Shown piece by piece: positions 19,247 through 28,784 of a stretch of DNA of 40,850 bases. Source of the DNA: a virus (taxonomy: Duplodnaviria > Caudoviricetes); the IMG/VR virus record IMGVR_UViG_3300036520_000019, positions 1-40,850 of that record; one strand, given 5' to 3'. The position numbers and the translations under genes are program-made. Under the pieces are notes generated by a model. It did not search any database. It was given only the letters and a program-made list of their open reading frames with translations, and was not told where the DNA came from. Positions within the stretch are counted from its first letter, which is position 1; the number at the start of each line of letters is the position of its first letter.

Positions 19247-19259
19247 TCCATTGCCGCTA

Positions 19260-20471
19260 TTAAGTCGCGGAGTTGACGTACACCTTGACCGCAGCGGTAT
19301 CCAACAGGTTGGAACCGGTGCGAGTCCAGCCGCAGAAACCGACCTGGCCGTTCAAGGCAAAGGCGGAATCATCGAAGCGGCGCAGGCTGGTAGAGCCGGC
19401 AACGTCACGGATGACGAACTGTGAGAAGTCGCCGAACGCGATTGAACGGGCATTGGCTGCCATCGCTGCGACATCGTCATTGACCGTGTACGGATAGCCG
19501 CAGATGGTCGACGGTGTGCCGCCGCTGATGCTTTCGTTGTCGCCCGGATTCCAGATCGGACGGCCTGCGGAATCCTTCAGCTTGCGGATGACCGCAACCG
19601 ATGTGTCGCGCAGCATGAAGCGGGCACCACGGCCACGGTATGCGCTGTTGACGCTGTGGATGAGGTCGATCAAATCGTCATAGGTCACTGTCAACGTCTG
19701 GCCGGTTGTGCCAGTCTTGCCGACCGATGCGCGGCCCATTACGCCGAACGGCTGGCTGGAACCTGTGCCGGTGGTGTAATGCTGGTTGGTAATGCGTGCC
19801 AGACGGGTGGCCAGACGGTTGACGACGAAGGCAACCACATCAATGGCGCTGTCCTGGATCAGCTCGACAGGCAGTGCGATCTTCTTCGAGCTGTACTTGT
19901 ACGGATTGACTGCAACGGTGCCAAAAGTGATGTCGGCGCCGGTAGCAGCAGCGTTTTCCGCAACGATTTCGCCCACTTCCGATGTGCCGTCCGATGTCGG
20001 ATAGTTCAGCGCATTGCCGCCTGCGGTCGAGATGATCTGCGACACTTCACGCATGCCGCCGAATGCTTTCATCGCATCGACCACCATTGCAGCGATTTCG
20101 GAAGGCACGGTGTAGCCGCCTTCTGCCGGTGTTGTGGTCGACATGGCGTTGCGGATGGCGATTGCCTGCTCTGCTGTTACGTTGTTGCCGTGGCGCAGGT
20201 ACAGTGCAACGGCTGCTACCGCATCGATAGTGTCGTTCGACAATGACTTGCCGGACGGTGCTGCGTTCTCGAAGAACTTGTCAGCGTCGATGTCGCGCAT
20301 CTTTTCGATGGCCTTGATCTGCGCCGTAGCCGACTCGATTTCATTGGCGAAACCGTCGAACTTTGCCTGGTCTTCCTTCGACCATGTCTGGTCGCCCTTT
20401 TCAGCCAAAAGGTGCTTTGCTTGGTTGGCGAGGTTGGCAATCTTCTCGCGCAATGCTTGGATATTTTGCAT
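19260..20471 (-). CDS. Major capsid protein, HK97 fold
   Basis: N-terminal coiled-coil delta domain, GGYTVP, ELIQDS, GTGSSQPFG, IAFGDF. Confidence 0.97.
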   Translation of the reverse strand: MQNIQALREKIANLANQAKHLLAEKGDQTWSKEDQAKFDGFANEIESATAQIKAIEKMRDIDADKFFENAAPSGKSLSNDTIDAVAAVALYLRHGNNVTAEQAIAIRNAMSTTTPAEGGYTVPSEIAAMVVDAMKAFGGMREVSQIISTAGGNALNYPTSDGTSEVGEIVAENAAATGADITFGTVAVNPYKYSSKKIALPVELIQDSAIDVVAFVVNRLATRLARITNQHYTTGTGSSQPFGVMGRASVGKTGTTGQTLTVTYDDLIDLIHSVNSAYRGRGARFMLRDTSVAVIRKLKDSAGRPIWNPGDNESISGGTPSTICGYPYTVNDDVAAMAANARSIAFGDFSQFVIRDVAGSTSLRRFDDSAFALNGQVGFCGWTRTGSNLLDTAAVKVYVNSAT

Positions 20472-20484
20472 GGCTTGCTTTCAT

Positions 20485-20510
20485 AAAAAAAGCCACCGCA
20501 TCGGGTGGCT
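20485..20510 (-). terminator. Terminator-like hairpin upstream of the capsid gene
   Basis: AGCCACC-CGATGC-GGTGGCT followed by a T run. Confidence 0.55.
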
Positions 20511-20555
20511 AATGCGAAGGAATCCGTCCTTCTGCGGCGTTATGCGCGAGAAGCG

Positions 20556-21293
20556 CTAAACAACTTGTAAGAGCCGCAGGCGGTTGGCATTCGCCACGCC
20601 CATGGCCGGTTTTTTGTCTTCAGGCGGCGTTTCCACCGGCGGTGTTTCTAATTTTTCGGGTTCAGTTTTACAAAGACTTTCAGGCGCCTTCGTGTATGCG
20701 GACAGGTTCCATGTGTTCTTGGCACCCTTCGGTGCCTCGGCGATGCGATCGACGAAGCCGTAGGAAAGTGCTTCGGATGCACTGAACCATGATTCTTGGT
20801 TCATCCAGTCGACAATTTGTGCTTCGTCCAGACCGGTCTTTTTCACGTAGTCGTTGACGATTGCGCCTTCGATCTTTTCCAGTAAGTCGGCGGTTTCGCG
20901 CATGGCGTTTTTGTCGCCCCATACCGCGCCGCTGGCGTTGTGGATCATGAAGAAAGCGCCGTCCGACATTTCGACTTCATCGCAGGCCAAGGCAATCGAG
21001 GTCGCCGCCGATGCGCACAGGGAATCGATATGCGCGATTGTCTTGCCCGAAAAGCGGCCCAGCGCGGCCATGATGGCGCGGCCTTCAAAAACATCGCCAC
21101 CCGGCGAATTGATGTGAACATGCAGGGTCGCGGCGTCGCCAGCCTGCGCGATGGCGTCGATCACGCCGGGAGCGCTGACGCCCCAATACGGGTCAATGAC
21201 GTCATAAATGTAGAGCGTTGCGTCGGCGCCGTTGCGCACCAGGTTGACCGGGCGGCGGGTGGCGTTATCACGCAGGAGTTGCAGGATTTTCAT
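20556..21293 (-). CDS. ClpP-like prohead maturation protease
   Basis: HINSPGGDVFEG, ASAATSI, FMIHNA motifs. Confidence 0.95.
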   Translation of the reverse strand: MKILQLLRDNATRRPVNLVRNGADATLYIYDVIDPYWGVSAPGVIDAIAQAGDAATLHVHINSPGGDVFEGRAIMAALGRFSGKTIAHIDSLCASAATSIALACDEVEMSDGAFFMIHNASGAVWGDKNAMRETADLLEKIEGAIVNDYVKKTGLDEAQIVDWMNQESWFSASEALSYGFVDRIAEAPKGAKNTWNLSAYTKAPESLCKTEPEKLETPPVETPPEDKKPAMGVANANRLRLLQVV

Positions 21294-22533
21294 TTTGTGG
21301 TCCGTTCGTAGTGCGCGGGTCAAAGATTTTGGCCGCTTCGCCGCCGATCGGCGCCAGCCCCTTGGTACGGCGGATTTCGTCGACGGTCATCCAGCCCATA
21401 CCGGTGCCTGGTCCGCCCAGCGCGGCGCGGTTGTATTCGGCTTGCGCCTTGCTATCGCCTTCGATCAGGTCGCCAAGGTCGAAACGCACGAAACGCCCGG
21501 TGTCACGCGGGAACAGCTTGCGGTTCAGTTCCTGCTCCAGCCGCTTCAGGTGCAGCCGCAACGTGTGCATGACGAAGTCGCGGGCCTGCTGTTCGTAACC
21601 GGCTCCCACCGCGCTGGAACCGGTTGTCTCGCCGATCATGTGCGGCGGCACACCAAAAGCACGGGCAATATCAGTCACCTGGAACTTACGCGCTTCCAGC
21701 AGTTGCGCGTCGTCGGCTGACAGACTGATCTTTTCCGCCTTGATGCCCTCAGTCAGTACCAGCGGCAGGCGGTGCGCGTTATCCAGCCCGGCGTATTTGT
21801 TGGCAAATGAGGCTTGCAGTTTGTCGATGGTATCCGGCGACATTTTGGCCGGCGCCTCCAGAATGATCGACGGATGCGCACCATTGGCAAAGAACTTGCC
21901 GCTGTATTCGTCCATTGCCAGTGCGTTGCCGACTGCCTGCCGGGCGCCATAGGCAATCACCGACATCGATTTCAGGCCGTCGAAGCCGTGACCGGGAAAG
22001 TGCAGCACTTCGTAGGGTTCCAGCCAGGTTTGAATGCCGTAATCCGGCAGGCTGATGTAATAGCGCACCGATCCATCCGGCATGCGGAACGGGTTCACGC
22101 AGCCCCACGGCAGCGGGAGGAATTCTTTAAAAGAGCCGTTCAATGCGCGGCGAATCCATGTGAAACCGTCGCCACGCAGGAGTTGGGCGCTGACGCGGGT
22201 TTCCCAATGGCTAGTCGCCGTAAAGTCTGAATGCGGCTGCTCGTTCAACAGATACCAAAGTGCATCACGCGGCATTTTCACTTCGTTGCCGTTCTCGTCG
22301 AACTTATAAACATCGAGCCGCAGCGTCGAGATGGTACCGGCGATTTTTTGCACACAGGCGGCAACCGCCGACACGCGCATGGCAGAAAGCGGCGTCACAT
22401 GGGCGCCCGACGAAGCCGGGATCAGGCCGAATGCTTCATTGACGCTGTCGGAATAGGTAACGTTTTGCACTTCCTGCGGACGTGACGAGTCCCGCCACCA
22501 CATCATTTTGGCAGCGAGGTCTTTTATCTTCAT
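21268..22533 (-). CDS. Portal protein, HK97 family
   Basis: AVAACV, LLRGDG, FFANGAHP, DAQLLEARKF..IARAFGVPP motifs. Confidence 0.96.
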   Translation of the reverse strand: MKIKDLAAKMMWWRDSSRPQEVQNVTYSDSVNEAFGLIPASSGAHVTPLSAMRVSAVAACVQKIAGTISTLRLDVYKFDENGNEVKMPRDALWYLLNEQPHSDFTATSHWETRVSAQLLRGDGFTWIRRALNGSFKEFLPLPWGCVNPFRMPDGSVRYYISLPDYGIQTWLEPYEVLHFPGHGFDGLKSMSVIAYGARQAVGNALAMDEYSGKFFANGAHPSIILEAPAKMSPDTIDKLQASFANKYAGLDNAHRLPLVLTEGIKAEKISLSADDAQLLEARKFQVTDIARAFGVPPHMIGETTGSSAVGAGYEQQARDFVMHTLRLHLKRLEQELNRKLFPRDTGRFVRFDLGDLIEGDSKAQAEYNRAALGGPGTGMGWMTVDEIRRTKGLAPIGGEAAKIFDPRTTNGPQNENPATPA

Positions 22534-24206
22534 CACAGTTCCACGAATCCTTGGGTAATTTGATTGCTTTCCGGGTTGAGTGCCATCAACGAGACAGCAT
22601 CAAAAAGCGCCATCAGTGGGTCAATCTTGGCCGTGCCGCTGGCCTGCTTTGTAATGGATACAGCGTTGCCCTGCTGGACAGTCCGCGCATTGCCAACGCT
22701 CCAGCGCATCATTGACGACGCCGCCACCAGCAGATCCCCTCCAGCCAGCTTCCGCTCCGTCGTCTTGATTGCTCCTGTTAGCCGCCAGCCCTGCGAAATC
22801 GCCACGATGTCTTTCTCAGGATCGAAGTCGCGCGCAGCCAGTTCGTCAACGATGTCACCTATGCCGGCTGCATCAACGCCGATTCCACGCTGTTCCGGGA
22901 GCAACCCAGCATCGCGGACACGGCAGACGTTATCGGCAAATTCCTGCACGTCCTGGCCGGGACGATCAACGATGGTGAGGAATCCCTCCCGTTGGAAGTC
23001 CAGCAGGCGTGGCGCGATCTCTTTACGCCGCTCAAGTGCGATTTTGTGCGCCCAGGCGTGAAACCATGCCAGCCAGCGCCCGGTTTCGCGCTCGCGACCG
23101 ACCACAGCTTGCCCCAGCAAGTCATCCAGACCGCCACCGTCGCCGCCCACGACTGCAACCTCACACCGCTGCAGTAGTTCATCTAGCGTCAATACAGTCT
23201 CCGCCGACTCCCAGAAGTCAGCACCTGCCCAGCGGTCGGACCGAAGATTCAGTCCGATTTCAACGTTCAGGTGCTTCGCGAGGAATTCCTTAAACTCCTG
23301 CTCACCGCTTTCTTTGGCCTGGCTGTGTAGCTGGGTGATGCGCTCAATGTCTACCGACGCGCCCCAGTTCGGGTTCGTGATGTAGGCATTGTTTAAATCT
23401 TCATACGCCTTGCTTTCCAACATGGCGCGCGGGAATTCGTAGATCACCGGAAGGAATTTCCTGTCTGTGACCCGCCCATCCCGCACCTTCCGGGCATAGT
23501 CCAGCTTTGCCTTGAACACGCCTGCCGGAGGTTCTGCCGACTGGGTTGTGGCGTAGATTACGAACCCTTCTGGCCGCGATGCCAGTCCGCCCGTGGCCTC
23601 CAGCAGCATGTTTGATGCCTTCGCCTGCTTGCCGAACTCGTGCAACTCGTCGACAAAGACGAAAGACGCCTTCTTGCCAGAAACCGTATCGCTGTCTGCC
23701 GCAACTACTTTCAGCGTCGCCCCTGTCTCAAGGTGCGTGATCGTGCGGAAGTAATCCTGCACTTTAAGCATCGCTGACAGTTCTTCATCGGCTTTGATGA
23801 AGTCGCGGATCGGCTTGTAGCTGTTGTCCGCTATCTCTTTCGTGGGCGAGAGAATCAGCAATTCGGCTGACTGGCGCCAGTTCATCAGCAGCGCGCACAG
23901 CATGATTGCCGCGGCGATCGTACTTTTCGCGTTCTTCTTGCTCACCATGAGCATAAATTCGTTGATATGGCGCCGCCCGGTCTCCGGGTCTTCCGCGCCG
24001 AACACTGCCATCACGAACTCACGCAGCCAGGGAAGCGACGCCTCGCCCAGCAGGGGTTGACCCATGACGTCGGTCAGCACGAACTGACTGCAGATTTCCC
24101 ATGCCTCGGTTGCAACCTCGGGGAAGAGCGGCTGGCAAGCAATCAGGCTTTCGCGGCTGACAATCCGGCTTTCCCAGTCCGGGCAGGCCGTCGACCACTC
24201 TTTCAC
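22533..24206 (-). CDS. terL: Terminase large subunit
   Basis: Walker A variant SKKNAKST, Walker B VFVDELH, C-terminal KIDPLMA. Confidence 0.95.
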   Translation of the reverse strand: MKEWSTACPDWESRIVSRESLIACQPLFPEVATEAWEICSQFVLTDVMGQPLLGEASLPWLREFVMAVFGAEDPETGRRHINEFMLMVSKKNAKSTIAAAIMLCALLMNWRQSAELLILSPTKEIADNSYKPIRDFIKADEELSAMLKVQDYFRTITHLETGATLKVVAADSDTVSGKKASFVFVDELHEFGKQAKASNMLLEATGGLASRPEGFVIYATTQSAEPPAGVFKAKLDYARKVRDGRVTDRKFLPVIYEFPRAMLESKAYEDLNNAYITNPNWGASVDIERITQLHSQAKESGEQEFKEFLAKHLNVEIGLNLRSDRWAGADFWESAETVLTLDELLQRCEVAVVGGDGGGLDDLLGQAVVGRERETGRWLAWFHAWAHKIALERRKEIAPRLLDFQREGFLTIVDRPGQDVQEFADNVCRVRDAGLLPEQRGIGVDAAGIGDIVDELAARDFDPEKDIVAISQGWRLTGAIKTTERKLAGGDLLVAASSMMRWSVGNARTVQQGNAVSITKQASGTAKIDPLMALFDAVSLMALNPESNQITQGFVEL

Positions 24207-24511
24207 TCGACCAGCTTCCCACCGTTAGCCGCCAGCTTGGGCTGTTGGCGCGTACCAAACCGCCCCTTGGCCGCCGACTTTTGTTTTTCTTCGGCTTCTT
24301 CCTTTTTCCCAGTACCTTCACCCAATTTCTTGTGGATGAACGGCAGCGCAGCCGAGGCCGCACGTACTTGTGTCGCGTTCGCCTCAAGCTCGCCCTTCCA
24401 GACTGCCCGCAGGAAGTCCAGCGGGTCCGTATAGGCGGTTACTGCGGGTTCTTGGGGCTTACGGCCGGCACCTTCACGGCGTCCGCCGCTGCGTCCTTTG
24501 ACTCCGGCCAT
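24203..24511 (-). CDS. terS: Terminase small subunit
   Basis: GRSGGRREGAGRKP N-terminus; immediately upstream of terL. Confidence 0.85.
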   Translation of the reverse strand: MAGVKGRSGGRREGAGRKPQEPAVTAYTDPLDFLRAVWKGELEANATQVRAASAALPFIHKKLGEGTGKKEEAEEKQKSAAKGRFGTRQQPKLAANGGKLVE

Positions 24512-24574
24512 TTGATTACCTTTTGAATAGGGGGATTTTTTTGCGCGTGCGGGACCGGGTGGTGTCCAAGCCCT
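24512..24574. other. Candidate cos region
   Basis: Gap between HNH and terS, the usual location in HK97-like phages; GGAC-N8-GTCC dyad at 24552-24567. Confidence 0.5.
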
Positions 24575-24913
24575 TCATCTTCCAAAGATTGGACTGCCCC
24601 CTGCCCTTTGCTTCGCCTCGCGTGCTGTCTTCACGTCGTGGCAAGGGACGCACAGTAGTTCTTTGTTATCGTCCTCGTCTGAGCCTCCATCCCACAATGG
24701 GTGGATGTGGTCGACTACCTGACCCAAGCTGACGATGCCCTTCCGCTTGCATTCCTGGCATAAGCCACAGTCACGCTTGCGGATGTTGTTTCTATCCTTT
24801 ACTCCTGCGCTTCCTCGCTTGCGCTCTACCGTTCCTGTGCGGATGTTCGGGAGCGTCTGCACTCTTGACGTGCTGAGCGTGGTCAGCCGCGGTTTAAGTG
24901 TTTGGAGTTTCAT
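24575..24913 (-). CDS. HNH endonuclease (HK97 gp74-like packaging cofactor)
   Basis: CQEC..VDHIHPL..GG..N..LCVPCH..KT. Confidence 0.92.
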   Translation of the reverse strand: MKLQTLKPRLTTLSTSRVQTLPNIRTGTVERKRGSAGVKDRNNIRKRDCGLCQECKRKGIVSLGQVVDHIHPLWDGGSDEDDNKELLCVPCHDVKTAREAKQRAGGSPIFGR

Positions 24914-25069
24914 AGCCCTGGAAGTGAATCGTTCCCGCCTGCGCCGTAAGATCGCACCCCGAAGGATGAAGGAGACCCGGCCTTTGTTCATCGGGAACTG
25001 CGCCCGTTATTTCTGCCCATGGGACAGCTACACATCGCCACTCGGAGCGCTCTGGCGAACCTGCTGAAT

Positions 25070-25103
25070 AAAAAAGCCCGCGAACCGTTTCCGGTTGCGG
25101 GCT
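25070..25103 (-). terminator. Intrinsic terminator in the late leader
   Basis: AGCCCGC..GCGGGCT stem followed by a T run. Confidence 0.75.
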
Positions 25104-25216
25104 AAATAAACTTATCTCTTCCTAGGGAGATAAATTCAGAATAGGTCACTATTTCCAACTTGAACTGTTTTACATCAACATGGTGCACTGCAACTATTCA
25201 CCAAAGTCGAGTTGCC

Positions 25217-25273
25217 TCACTTCCCATTGCGGAGCTTCCAGCCGAGAATGGTGCGTATCGCTTCGTTGCTCAT
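25217..25273 (-). CDS. 18-aa leader peptide MSNEAIRTILGWKLRNGK
   Basis: AGGAGG SD upstream of the ATG; below the ORF-track size cutoff. Confidence 0.45.
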   Translation of the reverse strand: MSNEAIRTILGWKLRNGK

Positions 25274-25358
25274 GCTGGCCTCCTGAATTCGTACCGGTTA
25301 CAGCGTCCGGCGCCGTAAGCTTTTGCGGGGTCCGGCTGATCTTTGAATTGTCTGGACG

Positions 25359-25388
25359 AAAAAAAAGCCAGCTTTTTAGGCCGGCTTT
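25359..25388 (-). terminator. tR'-like terminator
   Basis: AAAGCCGGC-CTAAAAA-GCTGGCTTTTTTTT shortly downstream of pR'. Confidence 0.8.
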
Positions 25389-25425
25389 ACTTTTCTCTGG
25401 ACGACAAAACGCATCCAGTGGAAAT

Positions 25426-25454
25426 ATTGTGTCAGAACAATGTCGCGGTTGCAA
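25426..25454 (-). promoter_or_regulatory. Late promoter pR'-like
   Basis: TTGCAA-17 bp-CACAAT overlapping the end of the Q-like gene, followed by a terminator. Confidence 0.7.
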
Positions 25455-25854
25455 TGTTTTTTTTCAGTTTGTCGCGCAAATCTTGTTCGGCTTCAATAAG
25501 CACCACTGTGAAATCAAGTAATGGGAATTTCCACAGGGTAGATATACCGCAGCGCCGGTATATTGCCCACCGATGCGCAGGCTTCATGCCTTGGATGACT
25601 GCTCCGGTGGCCTCTCCGTACTTCATGTCCTGTTTGCGCTGTTCTTCATAGGGGTCGGATTCATAGGCCACCTTGATCGGGTTGCCCCTTTCGTCCAGCA
25701 GCGGGTCGCCAGTGTCATCCAGTCGCATGCGGGATGCGCTCAGATCCCGATCGTCCTTCTGCATCACCCTCGCCCAGCACTCCAGGCAATAGTCCAGCGC
25801 GTCAGGCTTTACGAACCGATCTATCTGCACTTCTTCTTTTCTGACTCGCCGCAT
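25432..25854 (-). CDS. Late antiterminator/activator, Q-like
   Basis: Last gene before pR'/tR'; helical C-terminus. Confidence 0.6.
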   Translation of the reverse strand: MRRVRKEEVQIDRFVKPDALDYCLECWARVMQKDDRDLSASRMRLDDTGDPLLDERGNPIKVAYESDPYEEQRKQDMKYGEATGAVIQGMKPAHRWAIYRRCGISTLWKFPLLDFTVVLIEAEQDLRDKLKKNIATATLF

Positions 25855-25867
25855 CCTTGTTCTCCCC

Positions 25868-26065
25868 TTATCGCGTGTACTTCCAACCCGGGAACATCAG
25901 TGTTAACCCGCCTGCGCTAGCCGCTATATATAGAATGAGGCACAAACCCTCCGCGTTCTTTGCGCTCCGAACCGTCCAATCTGCGCCGCCGTACCACCCG
26001 ATGAACAACCCAACAAGTACCACCCCAAAAAATGCGGCCAGTGCCCAAGTGACTCTCTTACTCAT
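25868..26065 (-). CDS. Small 2-TM membrane protein
   Basis: GGGGA SD; two hydrophobic segments. Confidence 0.7.
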   Translation of the reverse strand: MSKRVTWALAAFFGVVLVGLFIGWYGGADWTVRSAKNAEGLCLILYIAASAGGLTLMFPGWKYTR

Positions 26066-26077
26066 CGTTCCCCCTAA

Positions 26078-26584
26078 TTAATCCGCCTGCAATACCGTGT
26101 GAATGTGCCCCTTGCCCGGACTGCCTGACACCGCACCCTTCAGGATGTCGTCTACTCTCTGCGTTGCCTTCGCCAGCTCGCCGGCGGACACAAAGTCGAT
26201 CTGGATAGCGTGGAATTCGATCCCGACCTCGATCGTGCGCAGTTCATCACCCTTGGCCAGCCACTTACCAGTAGCGTTGCGCCTTGCGGACAATTGCTGC
26301 AGTGCGTGATGAGCAGCATCGAACTTGTCCATGTGGTCAGGCAGCAGGCCAATCCCCGGCAGCGTAAGTGCCTGGGCGACGTTCAGGCAATCAGCCATGA
26401 ACTTGAAATCCTCGTTCTTCCATTCGCCCTTTTTCAGCTTCTCAAAGCTTTCCCATATCGGATCCAGCAGCATCGCCTTCTCGAATGGACGGAGTTTGGT
26501 CGCGCGCATGATGGCACTGCGAATAGGGTCAATCAGGTCGCGCTTCTTGACATACTTCTTGCGTGGTTTCTTATTGCTTGCCAT
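26078..26584 (-). CDS. Hypothetical nin-region protein
   Basis: GAGG SD; basic N-terminus KKPRKKY. Confidence 0.8.
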   Translation of the reverse strand: MASNKKPRKKYVKKRDLIDPIRSAIMRATKLRPFEKAMLLDPIWESFEKLKKGEWKNEDFKFMADCLNVAQALTLPGIGLLPDHMDKFDAAHHALQQLSARRNATGKWLAKGDELRTIEVGIEFHAIQIDFVSAGELAKATQRVDDILKGAVSGSPGKGHIHTVLQAD

Positions 26585-26591
26585 TCTTGCC

Positions 26592-26717
26592 TCAGTTCAG
26601 GTGCTTCATAATCAATACTGCTATCAGCCCGCCGAGCAGCACACCCATGAGGAATGCAGCCGTTGCGCCGATCATTACCATCACGCCTGCCTGGTCATCC
26701 GTCATTTCGCTGTCCAT
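26592..26717 (-). CDS. Small 1-TM protein
   Basis: GGAGG SD before MDSEM; hydrophobic helix. Confidence 0.5.
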   Translation of the reverse strand: MDSEMTDDQAGVMVMIGATAAFLMGVLLGGLIAVLIMKHLN

Positions 26718-26857
26718 GCCGCCTCCCTTGATCGTTTCTCCATCAACAGCTCGTATGCCTTCACCGCACATCCCTGCAAGTGACCAGTTCCCTGTTGCTT
26801 TCCGCACCCGACACAGCAGGGAGGCGACTGCTTGAGGGGCTTGGCTACCTGCTCCAT
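26702..26857 (-). CDS. Small Cys/His-rich protein
   Basis: CCVGC..H..C; AGGGG SD; overlaps neighbours. Confidence 0.5.
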   Translation of the reverse strand: MEQVAKPLKQSPPCCVGCGKQQGTGHLQGCAVKAYELLMEKRSREAAWTAK

Positions 26858-27090
26858 GTCAGCCCCTTGAGCCAATGTGTGTGAATACCCTTTGCCCATG
26901 CCATCGCGTACAGGACGGAGACGAACAGAACGCCGGTCTGGTCTGCTTTCCATGCCGCATACAGCCAGCAGGGTTGCCCGAGCATCCCGAAGATGCACGC
27001 GAACCGGCGCCACTCGATGCGCTCGCATTGCGTCAGAAACACGGCCACGGTTCCGGTTACGGCGATACCAATCTGCACAAAGTCGATCAC
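26845..27090 (-). CDS. 3-TM membrane protein resembling half of a PnuC-type transporter
   Basis: GTG start with AAGGAG SD; GMLGQPCWLY..GVLFVSVLY..WAKG. Confidence 0.6.
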   Translation of the reverse strand: MIDFVQIGIAVTGTVAVFLTQCERIEWRRFACIFGMLGQPCWLYAAWKADQTGVLFVSVLYAMAWAKGIHTHWLKGLTWSR

Positions 27091-27272
27091 ACGCGCTCCT
27101 TCCATGCCTGCCGTACCTTTTCCATGTGTTCGCTCCCCATTACCGTTTCGATTACCGGCGCATTCGTCTGGATTTCCGGCTTCGTCATCTGGGATAGCCA
27201 TCTGACACAGCAGGCGACGCATTCAAACTCCATGAACCGGGTGGTGCCGCAGCTCGTGCACCGCGCCATCAC
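27087..27272 (-). CDS. Small zinc-finger-like protein
   Basis: CTSC...CVACC; coupled overlaps. Confidence 0.65.
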   Translation of the reverse strand: MMARCTSCGTTRFMEFECVACCVRWLSQMTKPEIQTNAPVIETVMGSEHMEKVRQAWKERV

Positions 27273-28018
27273 ATCGCCCTCGATGCAACCGACTCTTTGG
27301 CGAAATTGACCTGAATCATCGTCAGAGACTTGTCACCGTTCCTGTGGCGCTCAAGGATGCGTTTCGCCCAAAGCTTGTGGTCAGTCTTGGTGTCGGCGGT
27401 CTTAAGCACCTCCGAAGCACCTATTTCCTGCAGCATCTGCGCGGCCTTTTCCTTGCTCAACTCGGTCTTACCTGGCGCCGGCAGTGCAACCATCGGCGCC
27501 GGAATCGCCGCCCATTCGCCCTTGGCCATCTCGTCGGCAAGAGCTTTGTTCCAGCGATCCTTAATGGCCGAGTAGGTCAGGCTTTTCAGGTCAAATGCCA
27601 TCTTGATCGCGGCCCAATAGACAGCAGGATGCGACCACTCGCCCATCTCACCCTTTTCGCGTGCTGTTACACCTGAAACTGCCTCGTAGTAGGAAACGAG
27701 CGGGTCAACCGATGGCTTGCAAGCCTTGATAAACTCGGCGCAGCTTGGCGGCCAGTCGTACTTGGTGCGGCATGCCTTCAGGCCAGCCTTGATGTCCTGC
27801 GGCGTGATGCCCTCTTCCTCGAATGCTTCAGCCCATGACACCTTCCAGTTGTCAATTGCTTCCGGCGTGCTGAAATTCGAGCGCCACTTGTGCGGATAAG
27901 CACCGTCGAGCCGGTTGTACAGGTGGTCCATCATGGAGATGCCCTTCAAGCCTTGGATCGGCATGAACCAGAGGTCAAACGGGTTCGCCAGTTGCGTCGA
28001 TTTCAATGGTGCGTTCAT
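27269..28018 (-). CDS. Replication protein P-like (helicase loader)
   Basis: Follows initiator; WPPSCAEFIKAC and WSHPAVYWAA motifs. Confidence 0.75.
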   Translation of the reverse strand: MNAPLKSTQLANPFDLWFMPIQGLKGISMMDHLYNRLDGAYPHKWRSNFSTPEAIDNWKVSWAEAFEEEGITPQDIKAGLKACRTKYDWPPSCAEFIKACKPSVDPLVSYYEAVSGVTAREKGEMGEWSHPAVYWAAIKMAFDLKSLTYSAIKDRWNKALADEMAKGEWAAIPAPMVALPAPGKTELSKEKAAQMLQEIGASEVLKTADTKTDHKLWAKRILERHRNGDKSLTMIQVNFAKESVASRAM

Positions 28019-28784
28019 GGTGTTGGGTCCTGGGGCGGTTCACGTAAGCGGTCGGGTCAAACTTCTCGGGCCGGCTTGCAACTGGCGAGGCGCGCGGCTG
28101 CGCAGTCCGAAGCTTTGCCCAATCGTCGGCAATAGCGTTCTGCAATGCCTGGTCCCAATCGACGTAGGTGTATCCATTCGCCCTCGCCTTCCGGACGAAC
28201 GACTCGAAATGTTCGTCAATGCGGTCGTAGCCTTTGCTTGTGGCCCATTGGCGAACGTCATCAGAAATCGCAAAGTCAGCAGGCAATGGCAACTTTGTGG
28301 GCTTGCGGGCTCTCGGCGCAGCCGAAGCCTTTGCTTTTGACTTTTCTTCTTTCTTCTCTTCTTCTCTTATCTCTTCTTCTCTAGGCTGTTTTTGGTGTGA
28401 CATGGCGTGACATGGCGTGACATCATCTTGATTGGCTTCCCGTGCGCGTTGTTGGCGCTTACGTTCTGCCGCCGTGTCGTCCTCCCGTTCACGCTTTGGC
28501 TGGCGCTTTTCCCAGCCGGTGAGATAGTCACCATCCAAAACACGGCCCTGCATGGCTTCACGGATTGCCTCAACTTGCTCTGTATCAATATCAAGGGCGG
28601 TTGCAACGTCTTCGTCGCACCAGCCCTCGGTGTGTCCACGGTCTTCCGCGCTGGATGCGCAGGTGAGCATGTGCATGTACACGGCAATCACGTCGCCGAT
28701 CTTTTGGCCGGACTTGCGCGCGATGGTCCGCCACTTTGGGTCGTTGACCATGTCGCCCCATACGCGGAACCATGGATTAGCCAT
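27975..28784 (-). CDS. Replication initiator (O-like)
   Basis: WFRVW..DPKW N-terminus, AERKRQQR linker, YVDWDQALQN C-terminus; contains iterons. Confidence 0.85.
   Translation of the reverse strand: MANPWFRVWGDMVNDPKWRTIARKSGQKIGDVIAVYMHMLTCASSAEDRGHTEGWCDEDVATALDIDTEQVEAIREAMQGRVLDGDYLTGWEKRQPKREREDDTAAERKRQQRAREANQDDVTPCHAMSHQKQPREEEIREEEKKEEKSKAKASAAPRARKPTKLPLPADFAISDDVRQWATSKGYDRIDEHFESFVRKARANGYTYVDWDQALQNAIADDWAKLRTAQPRASPVASRPEKFDPTAYVNRPRTQHHERTIEIDATGEPV
28330..28424. repeat. Putative replication origin: GTGACATGGC tandem iterons plus pyrimidine/purine-skewed tract
   Basis: GTGACATGGC x2 plus GTGACATC at 28397-28424, adjacent CT-rich tract, inside the initiator gene as in lambda O. 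Confidence 0.7.

Noticed and set aside
24914-25430. tRNA gene in the late leader
   Set aside because: No cloverleaf with a T-loop GTTCRA and acceptor stem found by eye
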